Assembly (NCBI RefSeq): GCF_018336915.1
Contig: NZ_CP064923.1
Span: forward strand, 330,001-362,000
DNA: 32,000 nt
Direction: 5' to 3'
Origin: Acaryochloris marina S15
GTDB lineage: Bacteria; Cyanobacteriota; Cyanobacteriia; Thermosynechococcales; Thermosynechococcaceae
The notes beneath the pieces were generated by a model. That model was not told the DNA's origin, ran no database searches, and saw only the letters and a list, made by a program, of their open reading frames with translations. Below, one piece after another: positions 11,336-19,069 of this stretch. How positions within the stretch are numbered: position 1 is the stretch's first letter; every line of letters begins with the position of its first letter. Both the position numbers and the translations under genes were made by a program.

Positions 11336-11998
11336 ATGACAGCCAGTCTTCAGGTATCTTGGTCAAGGGTTAGGGTTGAGGATTCAGAACCTCACGTGCA
11401 AATACCAGCAGCAAAACTTGGTAACTCTGAGCTGGTGCAACTTTGTCAAGCTGGGTTGCGCCCCGATCGTGTTGCTTTTACAGAACTCCTTAGACGCTAT
11501 CAGTCTCATGTCGATCGGGTGCTCTATCATCTCGCTCCCGATTGGGATGATCGTGCTGATTTGGCCCAGGAAGTGTGGATCCGGGTCTATCGAAATATCA
11601 GCCGCCTCAAAGAGCCCCCTAAGTTCCGAGGATGGTTGAGTCGGATTACCACCAATTTGTTCTACGACGAACTTCGCAAGCGCAAGCGCCACCGTAGTCC
11701 CCTGTCTTTGGATGCGCGGCTGACCATGGCAGATGGTGATATTGCCTGGGAGATTGCTTCGGGGGAACCCGGTCCTAATGAAAGCTTAGCTACCCATGAG
11801 TTTTACGGGCAACTCAATGATGCGATCTCAGAACTCCCAGAAGCGTTTCGCACCACAATTGTCTTGCGAGAAATTGAAGGCTTAGCCTACGAAGAAATTG
11901 CTGAAATTACGGGGGTTTCCTTAGGAACCGTCAAATCTCGGATTGCTCGGGCTCGTTTGCGGCTGCAAGGGCAATTGCAAAATTATCTTAAAGGTTGA
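11336..11998 (+). CDS. ECF-type RNA polymerase sigma-70 family factor (SigG-like)
   Basis: Region 2 (DLAQEVWIRVYRNISRL..P.KFRGWLSRITTNLFYDELRKRKR). Region 4 HTH (FRTTIVLREIEGLAYEEIAEITGVSLGTVKSRIARARLRL). An anti-sigma gene lies downstream. Confidence 0.9.
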   Translation: MTASLQVSWSRVRVEDSEPHVQIPAAKLGNSELVQLCQAGLRPDRVAFTELLRRYQSHVDRVLYHLAPDWDDRADLAQEVWIRVYRNISRLKEPPKFRGWLSRITTNLFYDELRKRKRHRSPLSLDARLTMADGDIAWEIASGEPGPNESLATHEFYGQLNDAISELPEAFRTTIVLREIEGLAYEEIAEITGVSLGTVKSRIARARLRLQGQLQNYLKG

Positions 11999-12252
11999 CG
12001 TTAAATTCTTCATCAAAGTTGATCATTCTAAGAATATAGAAGTAAAACCTTTAACACTTCTTTGTTGGTCCCCTAAACATACGTTAGATTTAAACTAGGC
12101 TTTCATTCATGAAACGCTTGCTTGAGATACCGACCTGGTATCAGCTTTTTGTCTCAGGTAGATGACCGTACTGATCACCTTCTGTACTAAATCAAGGTGA
12201 GACATTAATTTATTTCATCTAAACCTCCCAATCGGGCAAGTGAGATACTGCT

Positions 12253-12744
12253 ATGGATGACATTAAAACAATAGAATTTGATCGGTTTGAGCTACTGAGT
12301 GCCTATCTGGACGACGAAGCCTCTGCTGCTGAGCGGAAGCAAGTAGAAGCTTGGTTAGCTACGGACCCTGAATTTAATCAGTGCTATCAGCAACTTCTGC
12401 AACTCCAGCGTGGCTTTCAGGCTACCCCCGTGCCTGCCTCTACATCAGTTGAAGAAACGGTAGAAGCGGTGTTTGCTCAAGTAGAGCGCAAGCCAAAATT
12501 AGCCCTGTGGGCAACGGTAGGGGCTGCAGCGGCTGTGGCAGTCGCGGCCATCTCGAGTATCTTCTCTGGAGGCGGGTCTTTGGTCCCTCAAACCGCTCAA
12601 AATCCTGATCGCCCAGAGAGTTCCACCGTGGCCATTAACTCGCCATCAGACAACTTGAAGCCTTCGGATTTACTGATTGCCATTGAGCAATCTCCGGTAG
12701 ATATTCCAGTGGCGATTAACGTCTCGGATACAGATGCTCGGTAG
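12253..12744 (+). CDS. Membrane-anchored anti-sigma factor
   Basis: The N-terminal anti-sigma domain pattern is FELLSAYLDDEASAAERKQVEAWLATDPEFNQCYQQL. It has a single TM helix (LALWATVGAAAAVAVAAISSIF) and sits downstream of the ECF sigma gene. Confidence 0.75.
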   Translation: MDDIKTIEFDRFELLSAYLDDEASAAERKQVEAWLATDPEFNQCYQQLLQLQRGFQATPVPASTSVEETVEAVFAQVERKPKLALWATVGAAAAVAVAAISSIFSGGGSLVPQTAQNPDRPESSTVAINSPSDNLKPSDLLIAIEQSPVDIPVAINVSDTDAR

Positions 12745-12747
12745 CTA

Positions 12748-13635
12748 TTAGCGCAGTAAAGATCCGGTAATCATTCCAACCAATAGGAGTAATCCTATCC
12801 AGACGTTTTGGCGAAAAAGCTGACCATAGGCGCTAGGAATTAAGTTCTTGCGTCTAAGTCGGTCAATTTGACGCCACCAGAGATAGGTACTGAGTCCTAG
12901 GGATGTCCAATACCCAAAGTGAAGATTGAGGTTGTACCCAAGCACGCCTAAGCAGACGACCGTACCCACTAAAAAGAAGGCAATGGCTGCTTCAGCATAG
13001 TTGCCAAAGAATAATGCACTGGAATTAATGCCCAGCCGCCGATCATCGGGGCGGTCAGGCATGGCATAGATGGTGTCAAAGCCCAAGGTCCACAGTACTG
13101 TCGCGGCCCATAATAGCCAGGCTCCCATACTGAGATTACCAACGGCGGCACTCCAGCTGATCAGCACTGAAAAGCCCCATGCAATCGCCAAAACCAATTG
13201 TGGGACTGGAAACACTCGTTTGGCTAATGGATAGCAAATGATCACGGGAACCGCAGCGACACACAACCCAAAACTTAAGGGGTTGAGGAACCGAGATAGT
13301 CCAAAAGCACAGGCAAATGCAATAAAGGCAACAGCTAAACCCACCTGAATAGTCAAAGACCGATCGGCTAAAGGCCGCTTCCGAGTACGTTGAACCTGGG
13401 GATCAATATTCCGATCCCATAAATCGTTAACAACACAACCGGCAGCACTAGTCGCTAGGCTGCCGGTAATAATGATAGTAACGAGTCCTAAAGAGGGTTT
13501 ACCTTGGGCCGCCAGGACAATAGCCCATAAGGCCGGAATCATCAGAATTAAGCGGCCTTCGGGCTTATCCCATCGCAATAGTTTGATAATTGCGAACCAA
13601 GTGGGAGTAGACGGTTTGGACTGAAGGCGGGCCAT
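12748..13635 (-). CDS. ubiA: 4-hydroxybenzoate polyprenyl(solanesyl)transferase, UbiA family
   Basis: 295 aa and polytopic. Has the first Asp-rich motif NDLWDRNIDPQVQRTRKRPLA and the second motif region YAMPDRPDDRRLG. Confidence 0.88.
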   Translation of the reverse strand: MARLQSKPSTPTWFAIIKLLRWDKPEGRLILMIPALWAIVLAAQGKPSLGLVTIIITGSLATSAAGCVVNDLWDRNIDPQVQRTRKRPLADRSLTIQVGLAVAFIAFACAFGLSRFLNPLSFGLCVAAVPVIICYPLAKRVFPVPQLVLAIAWGFSVLISWSAAVGNLSMGAWLLWAATVLWTLGFDTIYAMPDRPDDRRLGINSSALFFGNYAEAAIAFFLVGTVVCLGVLGYNLNLHFGYWTSLGLSTYLWWRQIDRLRRKNLIPSAYGQLFRQNVWIGLLLLVGMITGSLLR

Positions 13636-13704
13636 GCTGTTTCATCGTGAATTCCATTACTAATCATGCCAAAGATTGCAAAGCATGGGAGCAAGAAATG
13701 GAAA

Positions 13705-13769
13705 TGATGAGACAGAATCAGCAAATTTGATGAGACTAGGCCTTACGCAAATTTGATGAGACTAGGCCT
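13705..13769. repeat. 23-bp perfect direct repeat (x2, 26-bp period) plus a third partial copy of the core TGATGAGAC
   Basis: GCAAATTTGATGAGACTAGGCCT occurs at 13721-13743 and 13747-13769. The core TGATGAGAC also occurs at 13705-13713. Copy 2 covers the last codons and stop of the 13762..14304 gene. All copies lie 70-135 bp upstream of the ubiA start. Confidence 0.85.
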
Positions 13770-14304
13770 GTTGAGACTGCTTCCATACCCAAGATAAAAG
13801 CACTCCACTGGCTGCTAGCTTGAGAACTTCAAAACTCCAGTACACATAGTGCAGTTGATCCATGGTGTCGGGGACAACGACCGATTCAAATAAGGACAGT
13901 TGAATTCCTAAACCACTCATTTGTGGGGTGAGGCCATAGGTATAGATAAATGGGATGGCGAGAAGAATGGTTGCGAGAAGAATGGCTGCTTTACTCAAAG
14001 GCAACTGAGGAGTAGTGGCTCGCCAAAATAACGTTCCCGATAGCACCACAGCTCCGGCAATTAATTCAACGCGATTAAACATTGAGAAAATCATATCCCC
14101 GGCTGATGCAAATCCAGGGTCTGACATCATGCCAGAAAAATATAGCCCTGGCATGATGATGAAGTCCATCAAGACGCTGGCCCCGATCCAGGCCATGACC
14201 GTCACAATTATGGTTGTTTGAACGACGGACAGATTGAGTGGACTAGTCTGGGCTAGAGAATTGGGTTGATTGTTTGCAGCGATGGTCATAATCTTGCGAT
14301 CCAA
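13762..14304 (-). CDS. Hypothetical integral membrane protein (about 4 TM)
   Basis: 180-aa ORF with four long hydrophobic segments. No catalytic motif was recognised. Confidence 0.6.
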   Translation of the reverse strand: MDRKIMTIAANNQPNSLAQTSPLNLSVVQTTIIVTVMAWIGASVLMDFIIMPGLYFSGMMSDPGFASAGDMIFSMFNRVELIAGAVVLSGTLFWRATTPQLPLSKAAILLATILLAIPFIYTYGLTPQMSGLGIQLSLFESVVVPDTMDQLHYVYWSFEVLKLAASGVLLSWVWKQSQQA

Positions 14305-14423
14305 GTTCCGTCTAGTGAAGGTCGTATAACCTTCGTACTGCTAGCCTAACGAGAACTTTTAGAATTCTCAGGTCCTCGAAACAAAACGCAAGTCTATTGC
14401 AATAAAACGACAAATTACGATGT

Positions 14424-15473
14424 TTATAGAGCCTGAGATTCTAGGATGATGCGAGTCGATCCCAGGGCTTTTAGAACCGGGTTGGTTTGCCAATCTTCAA
14501 TTAATAAGCGTTGTAGTAACTGCGCTGCCTGCTTGCTGTCTGGCGTCTCTAGCTGGCCGAGGTAGTGCCGAGCACTGTGGAAAGAATCGTCTTGACCCAA
14601 CTCAAAAATACTATCGGCTCGTTCTATTAAGGATTTGACTTGATTTTGTATATTTGTCCATAAATCTACATGTCGGAGATTACTAAAGGCTTCGGCCACT
14701 AAGTCTTGGCGATGCTGAATCAGGATGGTTTGGGGTCTGAGTAGGGGCGGTACATCATCCACCATCACCGCAGGACCATAAAAAATGCAGTGTAGAGCGT
14801 CAATCCACTTGGTATACGGCTGGAAGAACCTTTGCAGGATATGGAGGGCCTGAGCCGCAATAATACTGCCCTGACTATGGGCCAGAATGATAATTTCTGA
14901 CCCTGACCGAATGCTTTGCACGACTTCATAGGCCAGGCGAAGGATCGATCGTGGGGCTCCGGCTGGGTAACTGCCGTATAAATATGCCTCGAAATCATCC
15001 CAATTCATGTTTTGAATAAAGGGGAGTCGCCGCATAATATCTAGGTCAAAGGGCAACTTTTGAGCTGCTTCTCCTAGGGTAATGGCTAGGTCTTGGCGCT
15101 GCAGCTCCGCGAGGATGTCGGCTTCTGGAGAGAGGGTTTTATCGCACAGAAGCTTCAGCATGTCGGCATACTTTTGCAGTCGTTTGTCATTATCTGCAGA
15201 GAGCCGCTCCGGCCAAAATTGGGCGAGTTCAGCCTTGCCCATCATGGATTCCAGTAAATCACCTCGATAACCAGAGGTACTGTTATGGATGCCGACAATG
15301 TCAAGAGGGCGATCTAGGGTCAACCAGACTAAGGTTTCTAAGTCTTGTAGCTGTCTTTCAGCTGAACTAGTTACACCGTTAACGTGGAGCAGGCGTTTGG
15401 CTCGGCCAATGGGTTGTGCAGGTGGATAAACCAGTAAATGACCGTCTTGTTGCGGTTCGCTCAGCATAGACAA
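14424..15473 (-). CDS. Uncharacterised protein with lipase-like serine hydrolase signature
   Basis: 349 aa. It has an AHSQG pentapeptide (IIILAHSQGSIIAAQ), the AxSxG variant of the nucleophile elbow. Candidate Asp (HRQDLV) and His (SFHSARHY) residues follow it in alpha/beta-hydrolase order. Confidence 0.55.
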   Translation of the reverse strand: MSMLSEPQQDGHLLVYPPAQPIGRAKRLLHVNGVTSSAERQLQDLETLVWLTLDRPLDIVGIHNSTSGYRGDLLESMMGKAELAQFWPERLSADNDKRLQKYADMLKLLCDKTLSPEADILAELQRQDLAITLGEAAQKLPFDLDIMRRLPFIQNMNWDDFEAYLYGSYPAGAPRSILRLAYEVVQSIRSGSEIIILAHSQGSIIAAQALHILQRFFQPYTKWIDALHCIFYGPAVMVDDVPPLLRPQTILIQHRQDLVAEAFSNLRHVDLWTNIQNQVKSLIERADSIFELGQDDSFHSARHYLGQLETPDSKQAAQLLQRLLIEDWQTNPVLKALGSTRIILESQAL

Positions 15474-15688
15474 ATAAACTGCGTATTACCAATAGTATCG
15501 ATGGTGATAAGGATCACGAAGTCTGCGTGATCTACATCCTGTCTGGACCTATCTTCAATTGCCATACTACAAGAGACTCGGTGCTATCTGAGTCGTCAAT
15601 GGGGAACACACAGTACGCCGGCAGACTTGGTTCAGTTTGTCGGTTTTTTATTGCTTATTTTAAGCAGAGCTTGTCTGGGAGAACAAAC

Positions 15689-16291
15689 CTACTTCATGAG
15701 GCCCATCGTATGTTTCCAAGACAACTCCTTGCGCAGAATATCGAGAGCTCTACGATCACTGCCATCAAATAAGGGACTAATTTGCCCGAGAACCTGTTCG
15801 ACTAGCTGTGAGGCAAATGCTCCCCCAGACCGTAATAGATGACTGTAGTAGCCAAATTGGGGTTGATGTTGACGATCCAAATGGAAGGCATGGATATCTT
15901 CAGTGGCCATCGTCCAAACGGGGGTATTGACAGGGACAACTAAGCTGGGAATTCCTTGATCGCCATAAGATTCTGACTGTTCTTGTACCAGCACACCAAT
16001 TAGAACACACCAGAGCAAGGTCCGAGTTTCTCGAATTAAATCTGGCGTAAAGAAGGGATCAGGCTGACTGACCAAGCGTGGCCCTGAACTTAGATAGGCG
16101 GGATTAAATAATTGAGAGTTGTAGACTAGTCCTACAGCCCAATGTCGTTCTTCAGTTTCTAGTTTGACGAAGCAGCCAAACCCATAGTCATCCGGTCGAG
16201 GAGGGGTCAATACTTCCATGTCATCATCCACTTGAATGACGTAGTCGCAGTGCGAATCGGACTTAACAACTTTTCCGAGTTTCATACTCAA
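15689..16291 (-). CDS. Hypothetical protein
   Basis: 200-aa ORF without competing frames. The N-terminus (KLGKVVKSDSHCDYVIQVDD...GFGCFVKLE...AVGLVYN) loosely resembles a small beta-barrel (HAS-barrel-like) pattern, which is only an impression. Confidence 0.5.
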   Translation of the reverse strand: MSMKLGKVVKSDSHCDYVIQVDDDMEVLTPPRPDDYGFGCFVKLETEERHWAVGLVYNSQLFNPAYLSSGPRLVSQPDPFFTPDLIRETRTLLWCVLIGVLVQEQSESYGDQGIPSLVVPVNTPVWTMATEDIHAFHLDRQHQPQFGYYSHLLRSGGAFASQLVEQVLGQISPLFDGSDRRALDILRKELSWKHTMGLMK

Positions 16292-16417
16292 GAGCTAGGC
16301 TATCTTTGCTTGAATTCTAGACGCCTTCACCCGTTATTGGTATCAGCTTAGAAAGACTTAAGGCCTTGGACTCACGCTTAGAAGTCTAACGCCCAGAAGC
16401 CACTTTAATGTTGATGC

Positions 16418-16729
16418 CTACGTTTGGGGATCTTTGGGGTTGCTCTGTGAACCATGTCCATGGGTGGGACAAGGCGGTGCACTAATAGATCGATCGAGCC
16501 AACCCACGGCTTGCTGTAGGCGCAGTAATCCTTCTTCGGACTGATCATTGAGCAGAAACACAATTGCCGTAGCGGCTTGTTCTAATGCTCTAGCGCGACG
16601 ATTAGCTTTGAGGCGGTGCCAGTCCCCAGAAGTAATGGTTAACTGCTCTACGAGTTGACGAGCAGTTTCGCGAGTGACTTCTGGTGGGGTGGATGGTTCA
16701 GAAACCTGAGTGGGAGGATGGGATGACAT
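16418..16729 (-). CDS. Hypothetical small protein
   Basis: 103-aa ORF, helical-looking core, C-terminal PPCPTHGHG motif. No family was recognised. Confidence 0.45.
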   Translation of the reverse strand: MSSHPPTQVSEPSTPPEVTRETARQLVEQLTITSGDWHRLKANRRARALEQAATAIVFLLNDQSEEGLLRLQQAVGWLDRSISAPPCPTHGHGSQSNPKDPQT

Positions 16730-17019
16730 ATTTGTTTCCTAATGTGCTTGAAGCTGATTGTAACGGGGGTATCCTAATTGTGTCAGGCTCAGGTATTTAC
16801 CGAAATCCTGACTTTCACTGGGCTGATACAGAAATCCCTGTTACAATGCCCACTAGCGATTCCTGCGACGTTGGTGACTGCCAATATTGTTTTTTGATCT
16901 ATAACTTTAACGATAGGGAGCCATTTGCTCGATGGCAGTATACCAAGCTTGTACTTGGAAACTTTAAATCGATGTTTTCAACTCCCACCTGGATGATTCC
17001 AGGTCAAAAACTGAGGTAA
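16684..17019 (+). CDS. Questionable small Cys-containing ORF
   Basis: 111-aa ORF whose 5-prime end overlaps the start of the 16418..16729 gene. The only support is the strong hairpin plus T-run 37 nt after its stop. An internal Met at 16723 is possible. Confidence 0.25.
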   Translation: MGWMVQKPEWEDGMTYLFPNVLEADCNGGILIVSGSGIYRNPDFHWADTEIPVTMPTSDSCDVGDCQYCFLIYNFNDREPFARWQYTKLVLGNFKSMFSTPTWMIPGQKLR

Positions 17020-17055
17020 GACGGCGTTGCGGGAATAGCACCTCAATTTTTTAAA

Positions 17056-17097
17056 GGACAGAACCCCAGACGATCGTCTGGGGTTCTGTCCTTTTTT
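17056..17097. terminator. Long perfect hairpin with T-run (bidirectional terminator candidate)
   Basis: GGACAGAACCCCAGACG / CGTCTGGGGTTCTGTCC is a 17-bp perfect stem with a 2-nt AT centre around a CGATCG core, followed by TTTTTT (17092-17097) on the plus strand. AAA precedes it. The tRNA-Leu 3-prime end is 6 nt away on the minus strand. Confidence 0.7.
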
Positions 17098-17102
17098 AGT
17101 AA

Positions 17103-17437
17103 TGGGGGCGGAGGGACTTGAACCCTCACGACCTTACCGGTCAACGGATTTTCATTCTCCTACTGCTTTCGCAGCTACCAGATCTGGTTTTGAGAATTGG
17201 ACTCTCCCTTTACCCGTGCTATGTTCCAAGTTAAAACTTGAAAGAGCGTGAGGGTAGCTCCCGTCGAGTCTCTGCACCTTCAAAGCAATCCAGCGGACTA
17301 CTAGGCTTGGCTCAGGATTGCCTTGTCTGAAAGTTCAGATTTAGGTTTCCCTGAATTTGAGAGCATTCACTTACAAGATTTCTCCTGTAAGGCTCAGCTT
17401 TCTAAGTCCGTAGCGTCTACCATTCCGCCACGCCCCC
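17103..17437 (-). tRNA. trnL: tRNA-Leu(UAA) interrupted by a group I intron
   Basis: The 5-prime exon is 17437-17404 (GGGGGCGTGGCGGAATGGTAGACGCTACGGACTT). The 3-prime exon is 17152-17103 (AAAATCCGTTGACCGGTAAGGTCGTGAGGGTTCAAGTCCCTCCGCCCCCA). Spliced, they give the anticodon loop CUUAAAA and an acceptor stem GGGGGCG/CGCCCCC. The intron sits between U34 and A35, as in other cyanobacteria and plastids. Confidence 0.95.
17153..17403 (-). ncRNA. Group I intron of trnL(UAA), 251 nt, no internal ORF
   Basis: It contains the conserved trnL-intron core strings GGCAATCCTGAGCCAA, GGTGCAGAGACTCGACGGGAGCTACCC and GAGAGTCCAATTCTCAAA. It ends in ...GAGAATG (terminal G) directly before the 3-prime exon. Confidence 0.93.
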
Positions 17438-17717
17438 TTATTGCTTGGACTACAATAGCACGGGATTATGACAAGTTTGCAAGTCGATATCTTTGAGCAC
17501 CTAAAAACCTACCAATATATGCTCACATATTTAAAAAGCTAAAGTTGGTTCAAGTTTGCTAGAGGCTAAGTTAAAAGCGCTGAAAATCTGCTAGTTGTAA
17601 AAGTATGGGTGAGGATTGATATATTCAAAAGTGATAGCTCCACAGTTCCTTTCATGAATTTGACATATCCCTGCAGCTATGAGCCTTCAGTAAAGTTTGA
17701 GTCAGTGCCTAATTCAG

Positions 17718-18974
17718 TTACTTAGTGTCTACTGGGCTAGAGATGTTGTTGTGTGGAATTAATTCTCGAAAAAGTGATTGATACTTGCTTACAGCATGTT
17801 TGAGCTGATATTTACATAGAACAGCTTGTGCTGCTTTGTGTCCCATGTCATTACATAATTCTGAATCATTCATGATCTGGGTTAAGAGCTTAACCAATTG
17901 ATCATCATCTTGAGGTGACACTAGCCAGCCAATCCCTTCTTCTTGAATGACCTGTGCTAATTCTGATTCGTTATCTGCGATCGCAATCAATGGCTTGCCC
18001 GCAGCCATTTGGTTGTACATCCGGCTTGGAACGGACACTCCAGTCATACCCGGTAAGAAGGAAATGATACCAACATCACAAGAATTCAGCGTCACATTTT
18101 TCTGCTCATGAGGCAAGTAAGATAACACCGTCACATTCGGTAAGTGCTGATCCTGTACCCTTGCTTCCACATCTTGTTTTTGAGCCCCGGCACCAATCAG
18201 CAAAAAGTGGATTTGAGGTTGTGTGTCAGATAAGGTTTCTGCCGCATCGAGTAAGATTTTCAAGTCATGGGTTCGCCCCATATTTCCCGCATACAGTACC
18301 ACAAATTTATCCACTAAATTTAAGCGTTGTAATAGGGAATTGTTCTGCTTGTCGACAGGATAAATAATTTCGGTTTCAGCCCAATTAGGGATGCAGATCA
18401 GCTTCCCCTCTACGGGTTGGGTTAATTTAGTCTCCACTAGCTTTTGCATATCTCGCCCGAGAGTAATAATTCGGCTAGCCTGTCCATAAATCAGGCGATT
18501 GACCTCCTGCATCAGTCGGTAGACCAGAGATTGCGAATGGGCAAGCCCCGTGACGGATAATACCTCGGGGTAAACATCATGCACTAAGAGGACAAAATTA
18601 CACCCCTTCAGGGTTTTCAATAACCAGGCCATTAAGGGCAATAGAGGTGGGTTCGTGACGACTAAGATCACATCACTGGCATGACACTGCCATAAGGCGG
18701 TGAAAAAGATTGAAATTGCACGGGTACAACCATTCACCAAACGCCCGGGGAGCCAATTCTTATTAAACGTTGTTCCACGGCATCGATGAATTTCCACCTC
18801 TTTCACAACAGTATTCTGGGCCAAGCTAGATGCTTGACTATCATATAAGGAAGCTCCAGTAAAGACAGTCACTGGGTAGTCTGTGACCAGCCCTTGAGCA
18901 ATTGTGGTTAAAAAGTAGGCTGTTGAAGTCTTTTCTGGGTAAAACAGTTCCGTTAAAACTAAAATGCGTGCCAT
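17718..18974 (-). CDS. Glycosyltransferase family 4 (WcaI/WbuB-like)
   Basis: 418 aa. The N-terminus MARILVLTELFYPEKTSTAY is typical of the WcaI type. The C-terminal GT-B donor region is VSVPSRMYNQMAAGKPLIAI. Confidence 0.8.
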   Translation of the reverse strand: MARILVLTELFYPEKTSTAYFLTTIAQGLVTDYPVTVFTGASLYDSQASSLAQNTVVKEVEIHRCRGTTFNKNWLPGRLVNGCTRAISIFFTALWQCHASDVILVVTNPPLLPLMAWLLKTLKGCNFVLLVHDVYPEVLSVTGLAHSQSLVYRLMQEVNRLIYGQASRIITLGRDMQKLVETKLTQPVEGKLICIPNWAETEIIYPVDKQNNSLLQRLNLVDKFVVLYAGNMGRTHDLKILLDAAETLSDTQPQIHFLLIGAGAQKQDVEARVQDQHLPNVTVLSYLPHEQKNVTLNSCDVGIISFLPGMTGVSVPSRMYNQMAAGKPLIAIADNESELAQVIQEEGIGWLVSPQDDDQLVKLLTQIMNDSELCNDMGHKAAQAVLCKYQLKHAVSKYQSLFRELIPHNNISSPVDTK

Positions 18975-19069
18975 GGGCTAGGCTTAGATGAGCAAGGATT
19001 TCGACGTGCTAATTATTTTGAGAAACAGTTTGCAAATTACTCAGGGAAAATGGTGAACAACATGCCTCA

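Noticed and set aside
11376-11692. ORFs 11376..11639 (+) and 11384..11692 (-).
   Set aside because: They overlap the sigma factor gene, whose regions 2 and 4 are clearly recognisable in the 11336 frame.
8509-13769. Tandem repeats (8521-8558 and 13721-13769) as a mini CRISPR array.
   Set aside because: There are only two repeat copies each, with zero or 3-bp spacers, and no cas genes. They do not fit CRISPR architecture.
15527-15842. Plus-strand ORFs 15527..15772 and 15627..15842.
   Set aside because: They overlap each other and the 3-prime end of the 15689..16291 gene. There is no RBS and no motif support.
17103-17717. tRNA-targeted integrative island (the tRNA gene as attachment site).
   Set aside because: The island lies on the 5-prime side of the tRNA, not the 3-prime side. 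No integrase gene and no direct repeat of the tRNA 3-prime end were seen in the window. HIP1 copies inside the island argue against a recent foreign insertion.
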